Source: an uncultured Planctomycetota bacterium
GTDB lineage: Bacteria; Planctomycetota; Planctomycetia; Isosphaerales; Isosphaeraceae
Direction: 5' to 3'
Assembly (NCBI GenBank): GCA_963823665.1
Contig: CAWGMQ010000005.1
Coordinates: 1,536,001 to 1,600,000, forward strand
Length of the DNA stretch: 64,000 nucleotides
Position numbers and translations under genes: made by a program. The notes under the pieces were generated by a model, which was given only the letters and a program-made list of their open reading frames with translations, was not told where the DNA came from and searched no databases. Positions 9,650-19,154 of the stretch are shown here, piece by piece. The stretch's first letter is position 1; every line of letters begins with the position of its first letter.

Positions 9650-10810
9650 TCAATGAACGAAGTGATACATAGTACGTCTCTCGACAACGAACGGCCGGAA
9701 GAAATCAAACTGTTTTACCAAGGCATCAAGCTCAAAGTCGGATTCCCACACACAATTGAGGTAATACCAGTTGATCAACCACTCGGGCCCTTCTTTCGCG
9801 AATGAAATACCCACGTGTCGAGGCAACCTAGTTTCGTGCTTAGAAAGCATTGTTAAATTATGCAACATATTTTCTTGTCGCGATATAGATTCGATATTTA
9901 CCGCGACAAACACGAATCCGCATTGGTTACCCAGCGATACCATACGCGTCGCACCGGAGCACGCACCCTTGCGTACCATTTCGAGGCAATCGTCGGTACA
10001 GGTAATGACATCCTTCAGTTCTACCCGATTCAGCTCCGCGAACGCCGCTAGAATTTTGTAATAGATTCTTTCGCCCTTGGAGTCCTTATCATTCTCGAAC
10101 TTGTCGCCAAGATCACGAAAGAACGGATGAAGTTCGAACTCACTCGGGTCGTGCCGAAAAGTGTGTACGTAAATGCGAAAACGCTCCGAAATCGGCTCCG
10201 TGAGACCGGACAGGAAGTGCCCAAGAAGCGCACGTTCGCTCGGAACGTGTTGCCCACGCTGACCGACCTGCTTGATGACCTCTTCCCTGACTGTAAAGTA
10301 ATCCTTGAGTTCGGCCGGCGTCAGCAGAATGCGACAGATGCCAATATAATCCTCCCACGGCAAGACATGAATAAACCCGGCGGTCTTGCTGATGTGGTGA
10401 CGCACACGACGGCATTCAACAGGAAGTAGGTCGGACGCTTTATAGAGGATAAGCTTGATAATGCTGTTCACCCTCGCACGGCTGAGCGTGAAGGTATGCC
10501 CACGTTGATTCTCAACGCTTATATGTGTGATGCTGTCCAAGTACCTGAGCGTGTCTCGAATCTGTTTTGTTGCTTTGCCGACGACCTTCCTTTCAAACCA
10601 TCGTTGCTCATTCTCTGCTGATTCATTTGCAGTTGTTTCCCGTTCTTTCAACTGATAAATGAACAACATATCGTCAAGCCAGACCACATGGTCGGCGAAC
10701 TCCTTTGACTCACCTGGTGTTTTGAAAAAGACGTTTCGGGCAAACGAGAACTCACGATAGAAAATGGTTCTGTTCAATTCGCTCAAGAGGTCTTCTAACA
10801 GATTAGACAT
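9650..10810 (-). CDS. Hypothetical protein with N-terminal PD-(D/E)xK/NERD-like nuclease motif
   Basis: Uninterrupted AT-rich ORF of ~386 aa; motif KEFADHVVWLDDMLFIYQLKER (E..D...QxK) followed by KATKQIRDT. Confidence 0.7.
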   Translation of the reverse strand: MSNLLEDLLSELNRTIFYREFSFARNVFFKTPGESKEFADHVVWLDDMLFIYQLKERETTANESAENEQRWFERKVVGKATKQIRDTLRYLDSITHISVENQRGHTFTLSRARVNSIIKLILYKASDLLPVECRRVRHHISKTAGFIHVLPWEDYIGICRILLTPAELKDYFTVREEVIKQVGQRGQHVPSERALLGHFLSGLTEPISERFRIYVHTFRHDPSEFELHPFFRDLGDKFENDKDSKGERIYYKILAAFAELNRVELKDVITCTDDCLEMVRKGACSGATRMVSLGNQCGFVFVAVNIESISRQENMLHNLTMLSKHETRLPRHVGISFAKEGPEWLINWYYLNCVWESDFELDALVKQFDFFRPFVVERRTMYHFVH

Positions 10811-11002
10811 GCACCGCTCTTGAGCTTGTCTCATGTAAGATTTAAGAACACGCAGTTGACTTGTGAAAGTAGAGTCAGAATCCAGGCAACTTCTATTCTA
10901 GACACTTCCTCATCGGCTGCATCTACAGATACAGAACCTGCTGACTTGCGGACACGTCGCCTCGAGCCTGAGTTCGTCGCTCGCGGTTAAAGGAGCAGCG
11001 GT

Positions 11003-11481
11003 TTAGCCGGTCGCTCTCACCCGCATGATCTGATCCCAGTCGGTAGGAAAGTGCCGGGTTTTCATGGTGGCGGCCATGGCCCAATCGCGTTTGATGCCGG
11101 AGGCGGCGTAAAAGAGGCTGTCGCGGCCCATGCGGCGGTTGATGGCGTCGAGGGTCGCCATGAACCGCTTGCTGCGGGCACGGTCGCGGTTGTCGAGGAA
11201 ATCACCTTGGTGCTCGGTGTCGGGGGTAAGCTCGGTGAGCATGACGCCGCATTTGCTGTAACGCACGCCGGGTAGGTAAATGCGGGAGAGAGCCGTTCAG
11301 GCGTGGTGGATCAGCTCGGCGGTGTCGCTGGTGGGGTGCGGGAGATGGAAGCTGGCCTGGCGGCTGCAATAGGCTTCCTTCGGGTCGAAGGGGCTGTTCT
11401 GCAAGAAGATCGTCATCTGGCCGGCGTGGCGGCGGTTGCGGCGGAGCTTTTCTGCGACGCGGGTGGCGTAGCTGGCCAGGG
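11003..11481 (-). pseudogene. umuC: Y-family DNA polymerase V (UmuC) C-terminal remnant with DUF4113-like tail
   Basis: LASYATRVAEKLRR...NSPF...PTSDTAELI, in-frame TGA at 11297-11299, then RYSKCGVML...MATLDAINRRMGRDSLFYA...W...TDWDQI. The catalytic N-terminus is absent. Confidence 0.85.
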
Positions 11482-11670
11482 TCTGACCGACGCGATCTTT
11501 GCCGGGCACCACCAGTCGCTGAGGGTGTGAGTCTTGGTCCTGGACTTCATGCGCTTGAACCTCTCCAACGAGCAGATCGCCAGGGAGCTCGACCTGGACC
11601 CGGATGACGCCCAGCGGATGACGACTCTGCGGGACAGGATCGTTCCGCGCAAGCCCGAGGTGAAACTCGA
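11482..11670 (+). pseudogene. IS1595-family transposase fragment
   Basis: LTDAIFAGHHQSLRV*VLVLDFMRLNLSNEQIARELDLDPDDAQRMTTLRDRIVPRKPEVKL matches the HTH region of IS1595/ISXO2-type transposases; in-frame stop; abuts the umuC truncation point. Confidence 0.7.
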
Positions 11671-11761
11671 AAGGCGGCGAAGGTTGACGCGATGCGCCCG
11701 TCCAGCCTAGAGTGGTAGGATGTAATAATCTCGGGATCGTCCAGCCGCAGGGGGTAGCGCC

Positions 11762-12796
11762 ATGACCGCGCCGTACGAGATGAACCGCCGGGCATTCATC
11801 AAGACCACCGCCGCCGCCACTGCCACGGCGGCCGTCGCGCCGTCGGCGCGGGCCCAGGACGCGCCGGCCGACGGCCTGATCCACCGCAACGAGCGGAGCG
11901 GCATGCCCTACCGCAAGCTCGGCCGGACGAACTTCATGTGCAGCCACCTCGTTTTCGGCGGCGGGGCGGCGCTCATGGGCGGGAAGGCCGTTCGGTTGCT
12001 CGAGGCGGCGTTCGACGTGGGCGTGAACTTCTACGATCTCGGCTCCAACGCCTATTACAAGGGTAGCGAGCGCGCCTTCGCCCCCTTCCTCGCGGAGCAC
12101 CGCGGCAAGATCTGGGTCACGTCCAAAGCGCCGTTGCGTCCCATCGACGGCTACGAAGCGGGCAAGCCGTTGACCGTCGAGCAAGGCAAGTTTCTGGCCG
12201 ATCACTGGACGGGGCTGCTCAATGCGAGCCTCATCGATCTGGGCACCGACTATGTGGACGCCTACTACCTCATGGGCGTCGGCGAGCCGGAGGTCGTCCA
12301 ATGCGAGCAAATGCATGAGGCCTTCCTCAAGGCGAAACAGGCCGGGAAGGTGGGCCATTGGGGCGTGAGTAGCCATAAGCGGGCGCAGCAAGTGCTCGAG
12401 GCCATGATTGGAACGGGCTGGTACGACCTCGCCATGATCGCCATCACTCCCGCCGGGTGGTACGACTGGGATTCGAAGAGTCTCCTCAAGGGCACGCAAA
12501 CGATGGTCGAGCTTCAACCCACACTGAAGCGAGCCCGGGACTCAGGCATCGGTCTCGTCGGTATGAAGGCGGCCCGCTACTTATCGTCCCGCGGCGGTAA
12601 GGAGTTGGCGAACGCCTTCGACGGGCACTATAGCGACAAGCTTATGCAATCGGGGCTTTCGCCCTGGCAACGGTCCTACGCGTTTGTCCTCGCCCACGGC
12701 GTCGACGTGGTCAATTCAGACATGCAGAACTTCGCCCATTTCAAAGAGAACCTCACAGCCGTTCAGCGCTCGGCGGAGCTGTTCGTCAGGGCTTGA
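11762..12796 (+). CDS. Aldo/keto reductase with Tat-like signal peptide
   Basis: MNRRAFIKTTAAATATAAVAPSARA signal; MPYRKLGRT, GVNFYD, SLIDLGTDYVD, AKQAGKVGHWGVSSH, GIGLVGMKA. Confidence 0.88.
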   Translation: MTAPYEMNRRAFIKTTAAATATAAVAPSARAQDAPADGLIHRNERSGMPYRKLGRTNFMCSHLVFGGGAALMGGKAVRLLEAAFDVGVNFYDLGSNAYYKGSERAFAPFLAEHRGKIWVTSKAPLRPIDGYEAGKPLTVEQGKFLADHWTGLLNASLIDLGTDYVDAYYLMGVGEPEVVQCEQMHEAFLKAKQAGKVGHWGVSSHKRAQQVLEAMIGTGWYDLAMIAITPAGWYDWDSKSLLKGTQTMVELQPTLKRARDSGIGLVGMKAARYLSSRGGKELANAFDGHYSDKLMQSGLSPWQRSYAFVLAHGVDVVNSDMQNFAHFKENLTAVQRSAELFVRA

Positions 12797-13763
12797 TCGA
12801 CGCCGGCCGTTTCGGGATCGTCAGTCCTTTGAGCAGGAAGGTCATGGCCTTGACGGCCGCGTCGCGGCCCTTGACCGCCGTGACGCCGGCGATGACGTCG
12901 CCGACCTGGCAGGCGGCGTCGAAGTCGCCGCCGCCCACGTCGGCGAACATGACCGACGCCCCTTCGATTTTGGCCGGTTCGGCCATGTCGCCGAATTCTT
13001 CGAGGTGGGCCTTGTACTTGGCCAGGACTTCTGCGGCGTTATCCGCTGATTTGCAGCGCACGACGAAGCCGGTGAACTTGGCCTCGCCGTCGCGGTATTG
13101 GGCCATGAACGCATTGGTCAGGAAGTCGAGCCCCAGGGCATCGACCATGAAGTATTGGACCGTATCGTCGATCCGATTCTTCGCCGGGAGCATGGCGAGA
13201 CCCCATAGCTGCGCCGCTTCGCCTTTGAGGCGATTCGCCAGAGTATCGGCCAAGGCCGATACCGCTTTCTGGACCTCCTCGTCGCGTCCCGATGTCAGGA
13301 TCGACGCGTAGTATTGGCCCTTCCGGAAGAATAAATCCGCCCCGGTGCGGTGGCCGCCGTCGCCGGTTGCGATGGCCTTGCTGCCAGAAGAGCGCTCGAC
13401 CGAATAGACGCCGAAGGCGCCGAGGGGGGTGGTCATGTCGTAGAGGAAGACGTCGATGAATTTGGCTGGGTCGTCCGCTTTGGAGAAGGTGACGAAGGTC
13501 ATGCCCGTCACGTCGTAGGATTGAAACAGTTCGGACCGGCCGTTGATCTTCTCGTACAAGTTGGCTTCGGTGTAGCGTTCAACAAGGCTCTTTTTCGTGA
13601 AGCCTTCGGGCGTGAGACCCTCGAGTGCCCGGGCGATGGTTTCCGTCTTCGCCTTCATTTCGGGCGTGATCCGGGCGGGGGCGTCTTTGACAGAGCCGAC
13701 GGGGTCTTGGGCGGCGACGAAGACGGGGAATACAAACGGGATCGCGGCCAGCAATCCTCTCAT
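12786..13763 (-). CDS. Exported protein, DUF6599-like
   Basis: Signal peptide MRGLLAAIPFVFPVFVAAQD; YTEANLYEKINGRSELF, LYDMTTPLGAFGVYSVER, FRKGQYY motifs. Confidence 0.7.
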   Translation of the reverse strand: MRGLLAAIPFVFPVFVAAQDPVGSVKDAPARITPEMKAKTETIARALEGLTPEGFTKKSLVERYTEANLYEKINGRSELFQSYDVTGMTFVTFSKADDPAKFIDVFLYDMTTPLGAFGVYSVERSSGSKAIATGDGGHRTGADLFFRKGQYYASILTSGRDEEVQKAVSALADTLANRLKGEAAQLWGLAMLPAKNRIDDTVQYFMVDALGLDFLTNAFMAQYRDGEAKFTGFVVRCKSADNAAEVLAKYKAHLEEFGDMAEPAKIEGASVMFADVGGGDFDAACQVGDVIAGVTAVKGRDAAVKAMTFLLKGLTIPKRPASIKP

Positions 13764-14559
13764 GGGATGCTCCTTTTTCGGGGCTGTTTTTACGGTATGG
13801 GATCGACGCCGCGAAAAGCAAGACCTTTGGAGAAAGCGTCGTCAGGTTAGTCCCTGCGGGCGGTTCGAACTGTCGAGGGCGGACAGCAATCCCTAGCGGG
13901 CCGGAAGCCCCACAACGCTTAGCAGTTCCTGCAAATTGAACATGCGCGTTGGCTCTCGATTCGCGGGCCGCGATCGCGTCGATCGTTGGATCTGATGCGA
14001 TCGGAATAAAAATCAAAGGTTTTCTGGTCGATGAAATGGCCGAATCGCGAAAGTCGGCCCATAATAGATGTAGCTCAGTCTCGATCGCCGACACTGGAGT
14101 CGGGGGGCGAGCCACCCACCTCTCTGGAACCGGGAATGACTGCTTCGTATGCTCGAGCGCGTGCTCGAGGATCTCAGCTCGACGTGACCACGCCTGTGCC
14201 GTGGGAAAATCGGGGCCGGAATGCCCTTCTAGAGGGGGGTCGGCGCACGACGAGATTCCGCCGAATTCTGGGCTGTGTCGTGTGTGAGACGGGGCTCGAC
14301 CACGTTGAGGCTGAGTTTCATCCGTTGAGCTCAGGGATCACGGACGGCACTCGTGGCGTTATCCTCTTTGGATCTCAGGATTTCCGTGCTGCTTCCGGGC
14401 GTTCCGGCCAGTCATCGGACGGGGTTCAAGACGGCGAGCGAGGTGAGACTTTTTCAGGGTGAATCGTCTCATTTCGTCTCATTTTGTCCCATTCGTTTTT
14501 ACTTATTTGGAGCGTGCGAAGCGTGGCTAGACTGTCGGGTGACATGGCGGGGGACGTCG

Positions 14560-14810
14560 AACCACGAATCTTACGAATCTCACGAATGAGGGAAGAGCTT
14601 CGCCCTTTTGGGGTCGGATTCGGCGCTGCAGTTCAGGTCCGGCTACTGCAGAAACGCCAATCCGTTGAGTCGCAAAATGTGACGAACGAACCCAACTCAG
14701 CTCAGGTGGCTGGAAATGCGTAACCTGGAATTGGAGTGAAGGTTGGATCACGAAAACACCCATGAACGGTGACTTGACAACGTGGCTGAATTGCACGAAC
14801 GAACCCAAAG
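14560..14810. repeat. Short dispersed repeat relics (9-bp ACGAAT tandem; two ACGAACGAACCCAA copies)
   Basis: AACCACGAATCTTACGAATCTCACGAATG at 14560-14588; ACGAACGAACCCAA near 14682 and 14795. Confidence 0.5.
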
Positions 14811-15315
14811 CGCGTGAACTCAATGGTCAGGGCAGCGGCGTTGCGCAGCGTTCATTGTTCGCTTGGAATAATGTTCCCTCGACGACCGATCGGATGACGG
14901 AGCACGCGTTTTGATTCGACCGCGTGTTCACAATTAACAAAGAAATCGCGCAAAGCCGTAGGTCCTGACGTTGCAGCCGTATCGATTGAGGGATTGCAGT
15001 TTTTTTGGACGCTTTTATTGCCGATCGCTGAAACCCGTCGCATATTATACTTAGTGCAGAGTCTGCGAACGCGCGATGCTCGCGCGATGGGCGGCTCCCC
15101 TTTGCTTTCCTACCCTTCTCGTCGATCTCCACTCATTCTTTCTGAGCACAGTGGTGAAATTCACGCATTGAGTGCAATGCAATGCACACTACCGCAATGG
15201 ACAAAGAGGCTGAGACCAGAACCGAAACCCGGGCAGACTTGGCCGTTGCGCGAGGCGACTCCGGCGTGGTTCAACGGACGCGACGCTAAGGTAACACCAT
15301 TAATGGGCGGCAGTA

Positions 15316-15380
15316 CGTAGGGTGGGTGCAGCCCACCGGTCGTAATACGATATGGGATGGTGGGTTACACCCACCCTACG
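15316..15380. repeat. GTAG-type REP doublet (REPIN/BIME-like)
   Basis: CGTAGGGTGGGTGCAGCCCACC (15316-15337) and inverted GGTGGGTTACACCCACCCTACG (15359-15380), each with an internal palindrome. Confidence 0.8.
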
Positions 15381-15877
15381 AAGGGGCCGTGGCGGCTTTG
15401 CCGAGTCGTCAGTCGAGAGCAGAATTCGCTCCCCCGGACACTGAACTGGGAAGAAGGCGAGGATTTTCAATTTTTTGGTATCACTTTGGTATCATTTTGA
15501 TCCAGGGGGGAAAAAGCTGTGGGATCGACCCAAGCCGTTTTTGCATTTGCACTTGCGGAGTGCCGCGGACCTGAATTCGGGGGGGGCGCGCTTCGCAAGC
15601 CGCGACTTGGCGATTCTGGTCAAAGCGACGTGCTCTCGCGGGCAGGGTTTCGGCTTCGAATTCGGCCTGTGGCTCGCAACCTTGACCGAGCGAGTGCGTT
15701 CCCGTAGTCCTTGTGGCGTAAGGACGCGCGACGAATGTACAAAACGAACTGCCTTGTCAGTGGTCAGTTGTCGGCGGAGCGGGCGGGACTAGTGGGACCA
15801 GGAGTACGGGTATGAGCAGGAGCAGGAGCAGGAGTGGTGTCGTCGATCGACTCTCAGTAGGCGGACGCCGGGCCGGA

Positions 15878-16005
15878 CCCCCCCTGGCCCCTCCCTTTTT
15901 AAGGGGGGGAAACTTGGCGGAACACTCGCTTTTGTGATGGCGGCCGCCGGGACGGCCCCCCCTGGCCCCCCTTCTTAAGGGGGGGAAACTTGGCGGAACA
16001 TTCGC
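15878..16005 (+). repeat. Two tandem copies of a ~50-bp C-rich/G-rich hairpin repeat
   Basis: CCCCCCCTGGCCCC..CTT.TTAAGGGGGGGAAACTTGGCGGAACA(C/T)TCGC at 15878-15929 and 15956-16005. Confidence 0.8.
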
Positions 16006-16049
16006 GGCGGGAAATCTCCGCTCCTTATCCTGCCGGTTCAGGAGGTCTG

Positions 16050-16415
16050 ATGCCGCGATTTGTCTTGCTTGAGCACAGTTGGAATGGAGTGCACTGGGAC
16101 TTGATGCTCGAGTCTGGGGACTCGTTGCGCACCTGGGCTATCGACGAGCCGATTGTTTCAGGACGGGATCTCGCGGCACGGGCGCTGGGGGACCATCGCA
16201 AGATCTATCTTGAATATGAAGGGGAGGTTGGAGGCAATCGAGGATGGGTGAAGCGGGTTGAGGCGGGAACTTACCGTGTGCTCGAATGGTCGGACGATCA
16301 TGTGCGGGTCGAACTGAGCGGGTCTCAACTGGTCGGCGAGGTCGATCTGCGGAGATCGGCGGAGGGCTCGGGTGCGAGCGGCTCGTGGGTCTTACGCGCT
16401 GGGAATTTCGACTGA
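16050..16415 (+). CDS. Stand-alone LigD-type 3'-phosphoesterase (PE) domain protein
   Basis: MPRFVLLEH...HWDLMLE...LRTWA...DHRKIYLEYEG...G.V...E.G; AGGAGG RBS before ATG 16050. Confidence 0.82.
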   Translation: MPRFVLLEHSWNGVHWDLMLESGDSLRTWAIDEPIVSGRDLAARALGDHRKIYLEYEGEVGGNRGWVKRVEAGTYRVLEWSDDHVRVELSGSQLVGEVDLRRSAEGSGASGSWVLRAGNFD

Positions 16416-17121
16416 AGGACTTTCCAGGAGGGAAGCGTGGGTCGAGCGAACGCGCCTTTGGCTCGGTCGGACCGGCCGGCGAGCCGGATTTGATGGTCGC
16501 GAATTTGAAGTTCTTCGAGCTGGACGTCCTCTCGTTCGATGTGGGGCGTATAGCGCATGAGGACCACGGGATACCCTTCTTTTCGGGCCCATTCAGCGTC
16601 AATCCCATGGCAGCGTGCATACTCGATGATCCGGTCGAGGATATGGTCGGCCGGAACCGGCAGAATGCCTGCGCGGATCTTTTCGAGGGTCAGCTCGATG
16701 GTGTTTCCGCCGGGCACACGCGGGCGAGCCACGACGGTGATGACCGATTGGACGCCCCCCTGCCGCAACTGGAAGGCGAGGACGATCCGTTCGGGCTCGA
16801 AAAGCAGACGGGGCTCGTGCACCTCGGGTGGAAGCCGGTCGGCGAAGTGCATGACCAGATCTTCGGCAAGCCAGGCGTTGACCTCCTGGTCGGTGAAGAC
16901 GGCCTCCCAGCTCGGTTCGTTACAGATATCGTTGCGAAGCTGAAGGCTCTGGGCGACGAACTTCTTGGCGCGGCCGCGCGCTGTTCGCGGGAAAGGCCGA
17001 CGATTGCACGGTAATAGGAGGGCTCGTAAGTGAGGGAGAGCCAGGCACCCAGGGGGATCGAGGCGAGCACACAGAGGCCGAGTCCTGCGCGGAAGAGCCT
17101 CTTCTTCGTGGTCTTTTGCAT
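16325..17121 (-). CDS. Membrane-anchored hypothetical protein, frameshift near 16970
   Basis: MQKTTKKRLFRAGLGLCVLASIPLGAWLSLTYEPSYYR in one frame continues as AKKFVAQSLQLRNDI...WEAVFTDQEVNAWLAEDL...KIRAGILPVP in another. Confidence 0.7.
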
Positions 17122-17517
17122 TGGACATCCCGATCCGTGAGTGAATGGGACGCAAGGGCGGTAAACGACCAGCGCTCGGGGGCGTCGAGCCAGGTTGCGG
17201 ACCGAGGAATCCTTTAGAGAGAGGTGGCCTATCCGTACATGAAGGATACGACCATCCGCGGTTACGGTCAACCCGGGCTGGCAGCCAGGGAGCGCCGTGA
17301 TGCGGATTTTCCGCTAATCGCGCACTTCTTGACCAAATTAGCCCGTCACCCGATGCGAAGAATCAACGAAAACGCCGGATGTCCATGCGAGCATGGCCGA
17401 CTTACTTTCTACGGAGACGCGGTCGAATTCGTTCGGAGAGGTTGATACGGCCATTGTTCCGAACGGGTCAGGGCACATAGCATACATTAAACGAATTGGG
17501 GAGAAGGGGGGGGCGCC

Positions 17518-18390
17518 ATGCCATCGCGGTTCGTCTCGCTGGGGATCTTGATTTACTGGTCGATTGCCGCGTTCCTGCTGCTCACCTGGGATGTGCTGCC
17601 CGAGCTGACGCAGGGCTACGCGCCCGACTTGCGAGCGATTGCCCTGGCCGGAGACTCGAGCCGGCCGGTTCGGTGGAACATTCAAGTCGTCGACGACCTG
17701 CGACACCCGGACGTGCGCCGGACCGTCGGCGAATCGATCACGAGCTCGTCGCGGCGAGCAGACGGGTCCTTCGAGCTCAAGAATCATTCTGAACTGGACG
17801 CGGGGGATTTGTTCAGACGGACTCCGTTTGCAAGCAGACCGAGCCTGCGCGTGGGGGTCGAGAGCGTCTACCTGGTGGGCCAATCCGGTAATCTCAGCTC
17901 GTTCAGCTTGAGGGTCGTGGACAAGGGGCGGGCGGATGCCGAGATCATGACGGTGACGGGGAAGGTCAATGGGAGGAAGATGGAGATCGAATCGCACGGA
18001 TGGAGCGACATTCTCAATCGCAAACTGTCACTCGCGTACGAGCCGCGGAGCGTGGTCCACGACGTGCTGGGACCGCAAGACAGGCTGCCCGGACTGCACG
18101 TGGGCCAACGGTGGGAATCGAAGGGAATCAACATGATATCCGGTCAGGTCGAATCGGTTCGAGTCGATGTGGTTCGACGGGCACTCATTAACTGGGAAGG
18201 CAATCCAGTCACGACGTTCGAGGTTGTTCACCGCACGTCTCCCTTTTCGATGAAGACGTGGGTGCGCACCGACGGACTGATCTTGCGGCAAGAGGTGCCA
18301 TTCTGGTTCGTGACGCTGGTGCTGGAGCGGCGAGCTGAGTCGGACGGCAGTCTTCCGACGAGCCCCAAGCCGGGAATCGCAGGCAAATGA
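17518..18390 (+). CDS. Hypothetical membrane-anchored protein, first gene of ABC operon
   Basis: N-terminal hydrophobic helix, G-rich RBS, ATGA overlap with ABC ATPase. Confidence 0.75.
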   Translation: MPSRFVSLGILIYWSIAAFLLLTWDVLPELTQGYAPDLRAIALAGDSSRPVRWNIQVVDDLRHPDVRRTVGESITSSSRRADGSFELKNHSELDAGDLFRRTPFASRPSLRVGVESVYLVGQSGNLSSFSLRVVDKGRADAEIMTVTGKVNGRKMEIESHGWSDILNRKLSLAYEPRSVVHDVLGPQDRLPGLHVGQRWESKGINMISGQVESVRVDVVRRALINWEGNPVTTFEVVHRTSPFSMKTWVRTDGLILRQEVPFWFVTLVLERRAESDGSLPTSPKPGIAGK

Positions 18391-19154
18391 TCGAACTATG
18401 CGGCGTGACCAAGCGGTTCGGTACCAAGTGCGCGGTTGATGACCTCGACCTCGAGGTCCGGCCGGGCGAGCTATTCGCGTTTCTGGGCCCGAACGGGGCG
18501 GGCAAAACGACGACGATCAAGATGATCTGCGGGCTGCTCTCGCCCAACAGCGGGACGGTGCGGGTGGGGGGCTACGACTCATCGAGCCAGCAGGCGCGGC
18601 AACTGCTGGGGTATGTTCCCGACCAGCCCTATCTCTACGACAAGCTGACGGGGCGGGAATTCCTGAAATTCGTGGTCGACATGTACGGGCTGGACCGGCA
18701 AGAGTCGGCCCGGCGGATTGAAGAGCTTGTCGAAACCTTCGAGATGAGCGACTACGCCGATGAGCTGTGCGAGACCTACTCGCAGGGTATGAAGCAGCGA
18801 GTGGTGTTTGCTTCCGCACTGGTGCACGAGCCGAAGGTGCTGGTCGTGGACGAGCCGCTGGTGGGTCTTGACCCGCGGAGCGCGCGGATTGTCAAGGACC
18901 TGTTCATCGCGCAGGCCCGTTCGGGCTGTACAGTCTTGATGTCGACCCACCTGCTGGCGATTGCGGAAGAGCTGGCGGACCGAATCGGCATTGTCGATCG
19001 GGGAAGGATGCTGGCCGTGGGCACGCTCGAGGAGCTTCGCATGCAGGTGCAGCACCGCGGGCCGCTCGAAGAGTTGTTCTTGAAGCTCACGGGAGACAAC
19101 CGCGTCCAAGAAACCGGGGCGATCTCCAACGACCTAGCCAGAAGAGTGCCATGA
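18387..19154 (+). CDS. ABC transporter ATP-binding protein (ABC-2 type)
   Basis: GPNGAGKTT, signature YSQGMKQR, Walker B LVVDEP, STH switch. Confidence 0.95.
   Translation: MIELCGVTKRFGTKCAVDDLDLEVRPGELFAFLGPNGAGKTTTIKMICGLLSPNSGTVRVGGYDSSSQQARQLLGYVPDQPYLYDKLTGREFLKFVVDMYGLDRQESARRIEELVETFEMSDYADELCETYSQGMKQRVVFASALVHEPKVLVVDEPLVGLDPRSARIVKDLFIAQARSGCTVLMSTHLLAIAEELADRIGIVDRGRMLAVGTLEELRMQVQHRGPLEELFLKLTGDNRVQETGAISNDLARRVP

Noticed and set aside
11297..12517. 406-aa minus-strand ORF
   Set aside because: Chimeric frame: antisense of the reductase and IS fragment, with only the last ~60 codons being real umuC.
16050..16415. Complete NHEJ locus
   Set aside because: Only the phosphoesterase domain is present; no Ku, ligase or polymerase domain nearby.
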